This document shows, in pieces, positions 39,392 to 56,660 of a stretch of DNA of 64,000 bases. A program made the position numbers and the translations under genes. The DNA is taken from assembly GCF_006345805.1 (NCBI RefSeq), contig NC_043001.1, forward strand, positions 76,694,001 to 76,758,000. The letters run 5' to 3'. This DNA is from Octopus sinensis (lineage: Eukaryota). The notes under the pieces were generated by a model that ran no database searches, was not told where the DNA came from, and saw only the letters and a program-made list of their open reading frames with translations. Within the stretch, counting starts at the first letter, position 1. Each line of letters begins with the position of its first letter.

Positions 39392-39914
39392 CTTAACGTG
39401 CAATACATTGGAGAAAGCCATAAAAGAACTACAGCCTTTATCTCAAGATAGCATATCGTATAGACGTATAGGGCTATAAAGGTTATCAGTAGTAGGCGGA
39501 AAGTGTCCTGCAGCGGCGGGAAAATTGCTAAATCGCGATTTTCTTCTTCCATGAGCGTCATCAGTAGCGAGAACCCACCATCAACCCCATGTTCAGACAA
39601 ACTTAGCTTCTATTGATAAAGAAAAACACTCACTGACAAATCACTGGTGTCGCATATAACCAGCAGACTGGGTAGTTACAGTATGGAAGACACACTTAAT
39701 CGATTATTATTTGGTGTTGAAATTTGGGATAGTCTGTCTGTAGCCTGGTCAGTGACGTAGTTCCACTACAACTGGTCTGAGACAAGGCTGTTGGCCAGTG
39801 AATAGAGGCTTCAGGATTTTAAATAAATTTTCCCCTCCTCTATATACGAGTAGGTCAGTCGTTTTAGTTATCATCATCTGCTTATAGTAGGTCAGTGAAT
39901 TTGGCATTTGGTTG

Positions 39915-40076
39915 AAATTCAGGCCCTGGTTTAGGTTTCTGTCCCACCGCTTGGTACCTTGAGCAAATATCTTCTACTATATATCCCAGGGCCGATCAAT
40001 GCCTTGTGAGTGAATTTGTTAGGCAAAAGCTGGGTGGAAGCCTGTCGTGTATATATATATACATACATACATACAT

Positions 40077-40115
<39 letters not shown>

Positions 40116-41067
40116 CGTATATTGGTATGTTTGACTTTATGTTTGTGGTCTTCGTCTACATCCCCAAGACATAGCAGTTTAGCCAAAGATACCGACAGGA
40201 TAAGTGCCAGACTTTAAAAAAAAATCAATAAATACTGAGGTTGATTTGTGCAGCTAAACACTTCATGGTGGTGCCCCAGCATGGTCACTGTCCAACGGCT
40301 GAAACAAGTAAAAGATGAACAATAAAATGAATAAATCAATCGAAGAATAATAGTAAGCGGTATCAACTGTCCTGAGACACCAATTTGTTTATATCTCTTT
40401 TATTTCTCTCCGAGCAAAGTAAGAATTTATCGTGATCCATCTTGCAACTAGGTTTATTATGAACAATGGTAGTATCAGTATCTGACCGCTGCACAGTCAA
40501 GGATACAGATACTACGTATGTAACGATTAGCGTCCGGGCTTCTAAGCCAGGATTCGAAACCGAATCTACATTTTCTTACAAGTTCTCTTTCAATTTGTTG
40601 TCGTCTTTTACACTAGGAAATTTATGAGGTCAACCATCACAATTAGGTTCTATTGTTTAAATTAGCATTCTTGTGTTAAATAAGTGTTCAGGCAGATCAG
40701 AGACAGAAAATACTTTGTCTAGCCTGACCTAATTTAGTTTGAGAAAATATAAACATGCAACCTCAAATCAGTTCTCTCTCTGGTCACTCTGCCCCTGGTC
40801 AAAGAACATGTTGCTCACTTCAAGTATGGCTTGTCAACTTGCTACAACCCTCACTACTCGTCTAGACTCTCTTACTCTTTGTCCCTCTAGTAGTCACTTA
40901 CATACGAAGTTTACTGTCTACGAGATGGACTATAGAGCTAAAAATAATTTGTTTACCTCAACAACTCGAAGTAGCTGTTACTTAAATTGTTACGATGGTG
41001 ATAATGAGGCATTTCAAACAATTAACATGAATATTTTTCTTCTCTCGTTTATTTGCAGCATATTTCC

Positions 41068-41106
<39 letters not shown>

Positions 41107-41520
41107 TTATATAGCAGCAGACGTGGCTGATTGGTTAAGAGTTTGCTTCCCAACCACATGTCTCCCAGTTCAATCCCACCGTGTGACGCAAGTGTCTTCC
41201 ACTACAGTCTCAGGCGGACCAAAACCTTCTGAGTGGGTTTTTTGTTTGACTCTGAAACTGAAAAAAACCTGTTGTGTGTGTGTGTGTGCATTTGCGCGTG
41301 CGTGCAAATCTTTGTCTGCGTTTGTTCCCCGTCACCACCTGACGACCGGTGTTGGTTTGTTAACGATCCAGTAACTAAGCAGTTCGGCAAAAGAGTCAGA
41401 TCGAATAAGTAGTAAGCCTTAAAAAAATATATAGGTGCTGGAATCGAGTCCTTCGACTAAAATTCTTTCGGGCGATGCCCCAGCATGGCCGCAGTCTAAT
41501 GACTGAAACAAATAAGGCAT
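39915..41520 (+). mobile_element. Two degraded family B SINEs (about 39915-40320 and 41115-41520)
   Basis: CORE-like segment and ggtg.cccagcatgg tail in each. Confidence 0.65.
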
Positions 41521-41915
41521 GTATTTACATACATACTCAAACTGACATATATATGAATTCATATATACACGCAGGGATTAAGTCTTTATTACGTAATTAT
41601 ATATCTCCGCCTCCTAATTACTTTCGGTTCATACACATACACTCACAGACATAGACACATACATATACATACACACATACACATATCCGTTTACTTACAC
41701 GTAGATATACATGCATATACATACATACACACATCTACATGCACGCACGCACACATACACACACGCACACACACACACACACACACAAACATACATACAT
41801 ACATGCATGCATACATATATATATATATATATACATACATACATATATGTGTGTGTATATATATATATATATACATACGTACATACATACATACATACAT
41901 ACATATATGTGTATA

Positions 41916-41967
<52 letters not shown>

Positions 41968-42048
41968 ATACCCTTTGGCATATGCAAGCTAGCAAACCAC
42001 CCATTATAAACAAACTGCAAACAGATGCACCTCAAGCTACTAACTGTT

Positions 42049-42085
<37 letters not shown>

Positions 42086-42582
42086 ACAACAACAACAACA
42101 ACAGCAGTCAATCAATCAATCAATACGACTACCACCAAACAATCACCAAAACATTGCTATAACCGCCAACGCCACCACTACTAATTGCTACAACAACCGA
42201 CACCAGCATTAACTACTACTACTACTACTACACCCCCGCAAATAGCTCTGCACTCAGTGAATGGATTTGTCTGAATTTTCGATAATCCTGAGATTAACAC
42301 AAGCATAATGTTCAGTGTACTAAGCCATAGCTGTAGCTTATCCGTGTAGATTGTGTTCATTATGCGCATAACTTAAATTGTAAAGAATGAAAACTAATTG
42401 ATTTTGTTGTAAAGATCTTTATCTGTACATAGTTAAAATGTAAATATTGAAAACAAATTAACTATAGAGTAGGATTCCTTTTATCAGCGGATAGTGTGTT
42501 ATTGAAGTCGTACCGTGTGACTTTCCAGTCCAAAGGGTCATTGACGTGCACGTTGCCCTCTTCTCATTTGTTACAAGTTTGT

Positions 42583-42629
<47 letters not shown>

Positions 42630-42631
<2 letters not shown>

Positions 42632-44766
42632 TTTGATTGATTTTGATTTTTCCAGTTTCAGCTTATGAGCTGTGGCCATGCTGGGGCACCGCCATTTGGT
42701 GTTGCTACTTGGTTTCACTTCATGAAGGCTTTCTAGCAACTGCTATTTGGTGCATGAGAGAGTTCGATGCAGCTGCCCTCATCTGCCCCTCCTGCCGTGA
42801 AGTTGGTTCATCTGGGACACCTGACAGGAAGAGATCCAGCTTCATTTTAAAGACATCTGTATCCACCCCATGCAGGTCTCTCAGGTTCTTCGGGAGGATA
42901 TTGAAGAGCTGTGGGCCTCGGAAGCCCAGGCTATCACAGAATCTTGTCCTACATCTTGATGGCAAGTTTGGAGTCCTAGGCACCACGCAGTGGCGCCCAG
43001 TTCTGGCATTTGCATAACTCTCGATGCCAAAGTTCAGGACACTTCCCTCCAGGATCTTCCAGATGTATATTATGGCATATCTTTCCCGCCTACGCTCCAG
43101 GGATTATAATTTTAATTTTCTGAGTCTTTCCCAGTAGCTTACATTCTGCATAGAGGCTATCTTCTTCGTGTAGCTACGTTGGATCGCTTCGAGCTCTGTG
43201 ATCAACTTGACACTGGATGGTGACCATAACTGAGAGCAGTAGTCAAAGTGGCTTAGGACAAGTGTCCTCCAGAGGACCATCATGGTTTCTTGTCCTCTTG
43301 TTCTAAATGTTCTGAGGATCCATCCGGCCAGTCGTCCACATTTCATTGCCAATTTAGCAACATGTACACGAAAGGTCGCGTCATCACTCATGTAAATACC
43401 TAGGTCACGCACTGATTGTGCCTCTGGGATTGCTATTCCTCCGGGTCCAGTGTATTCATTTGGTATTGCATTTAGTTTTGCATGCTGATAGTATAGAGCT
43501 TGAAACTTTTCAGCATTGAACTGCATGCTATTCTTTTCGGCCCACTTGTATATTTTGTCTAGCTCACATTGCAGGTGTTTAGTGTCCTCAGGGTTCTGTA
43601 TTGCCTGTGAAACTTTTGTATCATCTGCATAACTTGTGATCGTGGCTCTCTGCGTGGCTGAGGGCATGTCTGAGAGGGCCATTATGAACAGTAGTGGTCC
43701 CAGAACCGTGCCCTGCGGAACACCGCTCACTATTTGTGTGTTAATGGAAGTGGCCCCATTGGCCACTACCACCTGACTTCTATCTTTCAGAAAGTCATGA
43801 AGCCATTCTCCCAGTTTTCCAACTATGTTGAGATCACGCAGTTTGTGACATATCATTCCATGATCGACTTTATCAAAGGCCTTTGCAAAGTCGAGATATA
43901 TCACTTCCACATTTGAGTGGTTGAGCAGCCGTTTCAGCACCCAGTCATAGTGTTGTAGGAGCTGAGTTAAACAGCTTCTCCCTGGTCGGAAACCATGTTG
44001 GGTGTCGGGCAGCAAGTCAATTTCTTCAAGGAAGGTGATCAGCTTCCTTCTGACTATTCGTTCCATGACCTTGCTGATGTGTGAGGTCAGAGAGATAGGT
44101 CTATAGTTCTTGGCTTCCGCTCTGCTACCTCCTTTATGAATGGGGCATATTTTACCTTCCTTCAGTTTTCTTGGAAGTTTGCCAGCTGCAAGGAAGCTCT
44201 GAAAGAGGAACTGTAGTGGTCTTGCTAGGACTCTCTTACATGCTTTTAGGAGGATTGCCGGGAATCCATCGGGGCCAGTAGCTGAGTCTGTTTTCATTTC
44301 ATCTATAGACTTGATTACATCGTCTTCCTTTATATCAATGTAATCTATCGTCGCCGCCTCTGATTTTATATCTGCAGTGGTAAAAAAGTCAGTTGGATTG
44401 GTGATTTGGAGATGCCCAAGGGGTGGAGTGAAAACACTCTTGAATTGCTCATTCAGTATTTCACTTACCCTCATTGGTTTTCCTGTAAGTGTGCCATCCT
44501 TTTCGAGGAGTGGCCCTATTCTACAGTGCACCGTAGCTGTTTCTTTGGCATACCTGTAGAAAGCTCTGGAGTTAGATTTTATGTTGTCTATAGCCCAGGC
44601 TTCTTTGTCTGCTCTTTCCTTTCCATGGGAGAATTTCAGACATTTTTCGATTTCCAACAGTTTTATTTTTAGGCGGGACTTTTCACTGCTTTCAATCTGT
44701 TTGTTTAGGCGATTTGAAAATTTTGTACGCCGTCTCATTAGAATTTATAATATAATAATTTATAAT
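42630..44766 (-). mobile_element. 5'-truncated CR1-clade LINE
   Basis: RT ORF plus 3' UTR stem-loop and short repeat tail; inserted between (TA)n and (TAA)n tracts. Confidence 0.92.
42720..44738 (-). pseudogene. LINE ORF2 reverse transcriptase; one in-frame stop at 43104-43106; no APE domain
   Basis: NYRPISLTS, QHGFRPGRSC, YLDFAKAFDKV, GVPQGTVLGPLLF, YADD. ORFs 43104-44738 and 42720-42986 share a frame. Confidence 0.9.
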
Positions 44767-45045
44767 ATTATAATATAATATAATATAATATAATATAATA
44801 TAAATACTATATATATGCATATATACATACGTATACTATATACATACATGTTTACGTATATACATATACATCTGTGGGCACAAAACATAAACGTCACAAA
44901 ACATAAATAGCAAATAATGCGAAGTACGAGGACATGGAATAAGGGCTTTTTTGCAACCAACGAAAGAAACAAATCGAAAATAAGACAAGCAACACAAGGA
45001 ACGGCCCTTCATCAGTTGTCGGTTGTTTTTCTACTCCATATATAT

Positions 45046-45400
45046 CAAGGTGTCCCAAAAGTCACAGATGGGTTTCAGTTTTTAATAACTTCCTTTAACT
45101 TGACGAATAAATGCATGAATTTTGATAGAATATAAAGGACATAATGGAAATTAATATGCACAAGTCAAATTTTGAAACACCGCTACATCACATATAAAAA
45201 AGGACATGGCTTAAATGGCAGCCATTTTCGGCTTCGCACGCCCGTGCTCTTTCCAAAACTTGCGCCATAACACCCTCAAGATTTCTCTATTGATGTTCTC
45301 CTTCAGTTGCACCAGGGTCTCTGGTTTCTTGACGTAAACCCCCTCTTTCAAGTATCCCCACAAGAAAAAATCCGTATCAATAAGTACATTATATCATTAT
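45046..45400 (-). mobile_element. Tc1/mariner maT/rosa-like 3' remnant
   Basis: DFFLWGYLKEGVYVKKPETLVQLKENI on the minus strand; TIR-like caaggtgtcccaaaagtcac. Confidence 0.6.
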
Positions 45401-45894
45401 AAAAAATCGTTTTCTTCAGATGACTACATGAATCACTAAATATGTATGTGCCGTGGATTTTAAATTATTCTAAATGTGCTTAAAGACGAATGAAATTGTT
45501 GAAAAAAAAGGTTTCAAATATTGGCACAAGGCCAGCAAATTTTGGGTAGGGGAACAGTCGATTACATCAACCCTAGTACTCAACTGGAAGATTTTTTATC
45601 GACTCTGAAAGAACGAAGGGTAAAGTCCACCTGAAGAATAATAAGTCTTTCTACCAAAGGCACAAGGCCTGAAATTTTGAGAGAGGGGACTACTCGCTTA
45701 CATCGACCCTAGTCTTTCACTGGTACTTAGTTTACCGACTCCGAAAGGAAGAAAGGCAAAGTCGGCTTCGGCGGAATTTGTGCCCAGAACGTAAAAACGG
45801 ACGAAATGCCGCTAAGCATTGTGCCCGGCGTGGTAACATTTCTGTCAGCTCGCCGCCTAAGTAATGATGATAATGATGATGATAACAACGATGA

Positions 45895-46170
45895 CGACGA
45901 CGATTTAAAAAGGGAAATACGAAGGTTGTGGTCAATGAAGAGAGTAGACGTGATACCAATAGTAATTGGTGCGCTCGGAAGTATCAGCACTCAACTACCA
46001 AAATGGCTGAAAAAAGAGTGGTGCAAGTGTGAAAGTAGAATACCTACAAAAATCAGCATTGTTTGCAAGTGCAAGAATTCTTCGCAGGGTTCTTGAAGCA
46101 TGACCAGTAAAACAAGTGTCACCTTAGTTTACAGGCTGTGGACAATTGACACTTTCCATCATACTCAGCA
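45895..46170 (+). mobile_element. 3' end of R4/Dong-type RLE LINE
   Basis: DLKREIRRLWSMKRVDVIPIVIGALG, an RLE C-terminal signature. Confidence 0.7.
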
Positions 46171-46194
46171 AAATAAGGTGTGAGTTTCCATATG

Positions 46195-46249
<55 letters not shown>

Positions 46250-46251
<2 letters not shown>

Positions 46252-46444
46252 TTATTTTATAGAAGGAGCTTCTACAGGACTAGAACTGTTTCATTCAAAT
46301 GAAATCATCAGGAAGCTCTGATGATTTCATTTGAATGAAACAGTTCTAGTCCTGTAGAAGCTCCTTCTATAAAATAAATTAATTTACTCTACTATGTATT
46401 GAGTACCATATTTACTGTGGTTAACCCCGACTCAACCCGGGACC

Positions 46445-46447
<3 letters not shown>
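46250..46447 (+). mobile_element. Minimal Naiad-family end insertion: perfect 62-bp fold-back containing two hammerhead cores
   Basis: 46250-46311 is the exact reverse complement of 46318-46379. The 3' terminus ..cccgggacctac matches the 19286 end. Flanked by (TA)n. Confidence 0.85.
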
Positions 46448-46540
<93 letters not shown>

Positions 46541-47263
46541 AAGAGAAAGAGACAGACAGAGACTTCGCACACACACACTTCAACAGTAATATAGAATAAT
46601 TTTTTTTTAAATACAGAGGAGTGGATGATGTGAAGTTAATTCGATCCCGCAACGTCAAACAGTGAAATATGATCAATAAATTGTTTAGTGAATCACATCG
46701 ACAGACAGCGGAAACTTGGACAGTCTGTGAAGAGAGAGAGAGTTCGAAGTCGAAGTTAATTTGTTTGTAATAGAGATGCGCGGTGAGGAAAAGACTGGTT
46801 GGTATAGTGAGACTAGGCAAATGAGAGGTGACTGTATAATGCATGTGTGCGCACAATAAAGAAATATGTATAATGCATGTGTGCGCACGCAGGCGATGAG
46901 TGTAACAATGTGTCTGTGTGTGAATGTTTGTAGCCTCAGTTTGTGCTCTGTGTGTGTACGTGCGAGTGTGCGCGTGTGTCTGGAAGTCCCTTTACATCAA
47001 TGAATCGTGTGTTATGAACACAGGTTGTCAAAAGAGGGAGGAAATATCCTCCTATGATGGAATGTAACAACGGTTTTGCATTTTCGCATTCGAATCTGTC
47101 AGATCGTATTAAGAATTAATAGATACGTTCAATACCTTGTGAGTAAATCTGATAGATAGAAACTATGTAGAAGCCCAGTTCTATATTTAAGAGATGAGGA
47201 ATTATGTACATTATTTACATTATTTACATTCGACGGGTATTTGTCTGCATCTTGTTTGTTGTT

Positions 47264-47309
47264 AATACAACGTTTCGGCTGATAAACCCTCCAGCCTTCA
47301 TCAGGTGTC
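47264..47309 (-). ncRNA. Minimal type I hammerhead motif in a PLE-like end repeat (about 47150-47360)
   Basis: GACAC-CTGATGA-A-GGCTG..CAGCC-GAAA-CG-TT-GTATT; palindromic ACGT stem III; one mismatch in stem I. Confidence 0.6.
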
Positions 47310-47364
47310 TTGGGGAAATTTTAAACGTGGGTTCTCATTCCTAAGGTATTTTTAGATGCTGTTG

Positions 47365-48400
<1,036 letters not shown>

Positions 48401-48861
48401 CACCACCACTACTGCCATTGTGTGGGGGAGTAGTTGGTTAAAGAGGTCATGTTCTATGGGTCTATAAATAGATTCAGCAGATGGTGGAGAGATAGCCCAA
48501 TAGATAAAGGACGTTAATGGCCAGTAAAGGTCAAACCTGTTTGCATTTATTTATTTTTTTTCCTTCTCTTTTTTCTTCTTTCCTTTCCACATCAATGATA
48601 TGTATATGTATACTCACACACACATATTATCTGATGTTCACGTCGATGATTTTTAAAATTTCTGAATTCAATGTTATGAAATGTGGCTGTGTGGTAAGAA
48701 GTTTGCTTCACAACCACATGGTTCCAGGTTCAGTCCCTCGGTGCGGAACCTTGGGCAAGTGTCTTCTACTATAGCCTCGAGCCGACCAATGCCTTGTGAA
48801 TGGAGTTAGTAGACGGAAACTGAAAGAAGCCCGTTGTATATCTGTGTGTGTGTGTGTGTGT

Positions 48862-48904
<43 letters not shown>

Positions 48905-49127
48905 ACGTGTATGGTGTTTGTCTCCATCACCGCTTTTATTATTGATAAAACAAGAAGAATTTTGAAAGAAAAAAACATTTACTATGCTAAGTATATCTAT
49001 ATATATATAAAACTCAACTTGTGTGTCTGTGTGTGTATATATGTATGTGTCTGTGTGCGTGTCTGTGTGTTTAACTTTTGGATCTGCCAAGTTTCATTAT
49101 TAAGGATGGAAAGTAGTGTGTAGCAAA

Positions 49128-49514
49128 TCTATATATATAAAGCTGAAGTTGTCTATGTGTGGCAGGTTTGGTAGCCTTCAACTAACACTATCTCCTTCGA
49201 GACCCTGCAGCGCAAGTTGACCAAAATTGAGAGTATGATAGAAGGCTTGCTCTTCATTCTGTAGAAGATAAAATTCAAATCGGATCATGTTAACACCAAA
49301 AATTATTTACATCAAAACAGTGCTTTTTTTTCTATGAAAATCCCTATTCTTGACGATTTTTGACTGCTGTGTCACCATTTTTCAGTGTATTTCAACTAGA
49401 AAAATGTTCACTTGAAGAGAATAACAAGTTGCATAATGCAAAACTTTTACTTCTCAAAAATTTAAATTCTAAAGGGTCGAAACAAACCCAAGCAACACCG
49501 GGTGATACTGCTAG
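49128..49514 (+). mobile_element. Non-autonomous Helitron
   Basis: A|TCTATATATA start; ccc aagcaaca ccggg hairpin plus gatactgCTAG|T end. Confidence 0.8.
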
Positions 49515-49879
49515 TACAAAATAATTTTGAAGTAACATAGAGTAATCTCCCTTGTAGATCACACGCCAAAGTAGCACCAATTATTGTGAAACTGAGTCAT
49601 GCAGTTATTAAATACATGTAACTCTAACTTTCTTTCGTTTGTTCACTCACTTGTACAGATGTGTATGCTTAAACTGTTGTTGTTGTTGTAGCCTGTTGTG
49701 ATATATTGTTTTACCATCAGAGTAGATAGCAGCCTTTGGATATAATTTTATCATCCATCTGTTTTCGTTGATTTGTATGGTCAGTCTCTATATATCTCTT
49801 TATCCATCTGTATGTGAGCTTGATTGTCAGTCTATGTGTCTCATTAGATATACATATACGTACAATCTATCACTTCACA

Positions 49880-52600
<2,721 letters not shown>

Positions 52601-52700
52601 GAAATTAGAATACAACTGGATAAACAACAAATAGCTAAATAGTTCGCGAGAGAGAGGAAGGAGGAGAGAGAGAGAGCAAAAGTGAGAGAGAAAGAGAAAT

Positions 52701-52737
<37 letters not shown>

Positions 52738-52758
52738 GTAGGTAGGTAGGTAGGTAGG

Positions 52759-52822
<64 letters not shown>

Positions 52823-52970
52823 CAGACATTTAGATGAATACATAGGTAGACAGTTAGATAGAGAACACATGTAAGAGGAAAGTAACAGAGATAAGTGTAA
52901 AACGTGTTTATGCCTTTCTAAGAAAAGGCATAAGGCTAGAAATTCGGAGAAAGAAAATAAAAACCGAGTA

Positions 52971-53300
52971 TACCTTCTCCTCGACTTACGACCTATGTGA
53001 CTTAAGACCATCCGCACTTACAACGTCAAAAGAATAAGGAAATAGAAAATTGAATAAATAAAAAATTGGTCTTCGGAGTTTGGGCAGCTGCTTGTACAAT
53101 AACTATGGCTGTATCAGGTAACGCAGGCCTCCCTCAGAAACCAGGCATCCACTGCCTGTCACTGTCTCTCATTCGGTCGCTTTCAAACATCAGTTGCCTC
53201 TGAATGAAAATAGAGTGGAAAATATAATCCGACATACGACCAGATCGACTTACGACCAATCAGTCGGAACGAGACTCGGTCGTAAGTCGAGGAGAAGGTG
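52971..53300. mobile_element. Tigger/pogo-like MITE
   Basis: TA-flanked TIRs taccttctcctcgacttacgacc / ggtcgtaagtcgaggagaaggtg. Confidence 0.8.
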
Positions 53301-53687
53301 TATATCAGCTTCGGTACATCAGTGCTATTTTATTTTAATGATCCCTGAATGATAAACGACAATGTTGAGCTTGGTGAGATTTGAACACAAAACATAAAAG
53401 TGCTTGAAGATATGCCGAAATGTATTTCCCCCGTCGCTCTAACAATGGTAAAAACAACTAAGTGTAGATATTTATCTTCTGCATGTTACACTCATTAGAT
53501 TGCAACCATGTTTGAGCAACGCCTTGAAGAGTTTTTGTCGACTGTATGGTTCCCAGTATTTACATTTGGATTTTATTTTATAGGTCTTTCTTGATAAAAC
53601 ACTAAGCCATAGTGGCAGGAACAAATGCACGCGCACACGCACTCACCACACACTCAAATATATATATGTTCGGCGGACTTCTTTATC

Positions 53688-54094
53688 TCTTTTACTCTTT
53701 TACTTGTTTCAATCATTTGACTGTGGCCATGCTGGAACACCGCCTTTAGTGGAGCAAATCGACCCCAGGACTTATTCTTTGTAAGCCTAGTACTTATTCT
53801 ATCGGTGTCTTTTGCCGAATCGCTAAGTTACAGGGACGTAAACACACCAGCATGGGTTGTCAAGCGATGTTGGGGGGACAAACACAGATACCCAAACACA
53901 TACACACACATACATATATATATATATATACGACGAGCTTCTTTCAGTTTCCGTCTGCCAAATCCACTCACAAGGCTTTGGTCGGCCCGAGGCTATAGTA
54001 GAAGACGCTTGCTCAAGGTGCCGCGTAGTGGGACTGAACCCAGAACCATGTGGTTGGTAAGCAAGCTACTTACCACACAGCCACTCCTACGCCT
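53688..54094 (-). mobile_element. Full-length family B SINE
   Basis: All modules present. Confidence 0.85.
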
Positions 54095-54465
54095 TTTTTA
54101 TGTTTACGTTTACCAAATCGACTCGCAAGGCTTTTGTCTTCAACTATAGCGTAGGGCTCTCCAAAGCTTTGTAATTGGAATTGGTAAGTGGAAACTGAAA
54201 GAAGCCTGTTTTCACCACCAGCATTGGAGTAAGTATCATTGCTAGGTATTAATTTCTATACGAAATTAGCATGCTTATCTAATGCAACTCGCTTACGGTG
54301 GGAATGTTGACTTCCCTGTCCTTTCAAATAGAACAATGTGCTTTATGTGGCTAAAGTGTCTAGGATTTATTTCTAGCAATGCCGGTGCTCACTGAGCACT
54401 TGGTCACTTTTGGCGACGGCGAATAATTTCCTTTTAGGTTTAAAATTACGTCTAGCCACCTTGAT

Positions 54466-54521
<56 letters not shown>

Positions 54522-54923
54522 CGTGTGTTATCTGTGTGTGTGTAAGCGCACACGCTTGTCTCCACCACCGCTTGTCTCCACCACCGCTTGACAAACAGTG
54601 AGTGTTCGTTTACATCCTCAGAAGCCAAGGTACCAGGCACTGAAACTGAACTCGAAAGCATATGGTCGCACCTATAACCACATATGCTTATAAACGTGCG
54701 GTCGCGTACGAGCACACATGCACACGCGCGCGCACGCGCGCGCACACACACATATACACCCGTCTGTACGTGTTTGTGTATATGTGCGTATATCAATGTA
54801 TATGCATTTATGTATGTATGCATGTATGTATGTATGTATGTATGCATGTATGTATGCATGTATGTATGCATGTATGTATTGCTCGTGTCATTGTGTTTAT
54901 ATGTATGCGTATAAAAGCCGCAA

Positions 54924-55260
54924 GCAGGAGTGGCAGTGTGGTAAGTAGCTTGCTTACCAACCACATGGTTCCGGGTTTAGTCCCAATGCGTAGCACCTTG
55001 GGCTAGTGGCTTCTACTGTAGCCTCGGGCCGACCAAAGCCTTGTGAGTGGATTCAGTAAACGGAAACTGAAAGAAGCCCGTCGTATATGTGTCTATGTGG
55101 TGTGTGTGTGTTTGTCCTCCCCACCATCGCTTGGCAACCGATGTTGGTATTTTTACGTCCCCGTAACTTAGCAGTTCGGCTAAAAAGACGGACAGGATAA
55201 GTACTAGGCTTACAAAGAATAAGTCATGGGGTCGATTTGTTCGACTAAAGACTGAAACAT
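54924..55260 (+). mobile_element. Family B SINE with shortened tail
   Basis: Head and CORE present; the tail jumps from gactaaa to gactgaaac. Confidence 0.8.
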
Positions 55261-55268
55261 ATAATAGA

Positions 55269-55349
<81 letters not shown>

Positions 55350-55355
<6 letters not shown>

Positions 55356-56660
55356 AGTTTGAAAACGCCACGAAATAAGATAAATTTTAATTTTCTTAGA
55401 AAATTTACATGTTTCGGTTCTTCTTGAAAAAACGAACCTTATCAAGAATATTTTAAAAAGTTAAGTGTAATAAAAAAGTTCATAATTGTTTCTTACTGGT
55501 CTCAACAGAATCCACGTGGTTGTTTTTAGCTGTCTTATGTGTCCGAATGGTCAGTGACTGAAATGGCAGTAGCAGCAATGACTGTTGGTCGTAGTAGTAG
55601 TAACCGTGGTGGTGGTTGGGGTTGCAGCAGCTCATTGGTTGTAGCAGCTTATCTGTGGCAGTAGCAGCAGCAGCAGTAGTGGAGGGCTGTTGATGGTAGT
55701 AGTAATAGTAGTGACCATGATGGTTGTAGTAGTAGTAATAGTAGCAGCAGTCGTAGTAATCGTGGTGGTAGTGGTAGAATTCCATTTTTCTTTTCGGAAG
55801 ACCAATGTATTGTTTTAATGTTCCTGGCCCAGGGTGTTCAAACTTGGTCCGAATTTTCTAATGAAATAAAGTTCTTTATTTTGGCGTTGAGTGAAGGTTA
55901 CGTTGTCACTGAATTTGTAAAGTGGGCAAGTTGTGAATTTGAGATTTTTATTTGAAGCACATCTATCTATGTGTCCGCTGACTGGTATTTTCCTGTATTC
56001 AGGATTTCTAATTTGGGATTTATGCACCGCCATCCTTTTTCGTAAGCTGTTTTTGTATGGCCTATATACTGCCTATTTCACCCTGCGCATGTTAAGACGT
56101 AAATTAAGTTTTCTGATGCACAGGTGAAGTTTGTTCTGATGGTAAACTGATGGCCTTGTTCTAATGTGAATTCTGAACCTTCTACCAAGATGACACAGAT
56201 TCCGCAGTTGGGCTTGCCACATTTTCTAACTGCTGGTTTTGTGGTTGTTGTTGAGTGCAGTTTAGCTTGGGTTAAAATCTTTTTTAAGCATTTTGGTTGC
56301 CGTTTACTTTTAATGATGGTGTGTGTTTCGAGGATCCGGTTCATCTTTGGGTCTCCCTTTAGTAGGGCTGTGCTTTGTAGTATGGTTTTGAAGGCCTCAT
56401 TGTTAAGTGGGTTGAGTGTAGAGATGTAGGGTAGGATTTTTAATTTTTCTTTCTTTTTTGGTTTTGTTTGTCTCATGTTTTCTATACTTGATTTAAGTGC
56501 TCGTTGGATTGCACTGTCTATTAGGGGCTGTGGATAATTTCTATTTATGAGTGTAGTTCTGAGTTCCTGGAGACGAGTGTGTCGGGTGTTTGTGTCTGAT
56601 ATTATGGTGCAAATCCTTCTGGCTAAACAGAAAGGGACATTTATTCTAGTGTGTCTTGGG
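55350..56660 (-). mobile_element. 5'-truncated Penelope-like (Neptune-type) element: RT thumb, Cys-rich linker, GIY-YIG, trinucleotide-rich UTR, hammerhead motif
   Basis: VPFCLARRICTI, RNYP, CGKPNCGIC, FTCASENLIYVLTCAG*NRQYIGHT, RKRMAVH..IR, FIRKFGPSLN. Confidence 0.85.
55399..55452 (-). ncRNA. Hammerhead motif, U3-A8 variant, stem I degenerate
   Basis: TTGATAA-GGTTC..GAACC-GAAA-CATG-TA. Confidence 0.5.

Noticed and set aside
40739-41374. 211-aa ORF as a gene
   Set aside because: Starts at TTG, runs through (CA)n and a SINE, and has no recognisable domain.
44990-45030. Hammerhead at CTGATGA (minus; also near 58075)
   Set aside because: No matching stem II-GAAA-stem III could be assembled.
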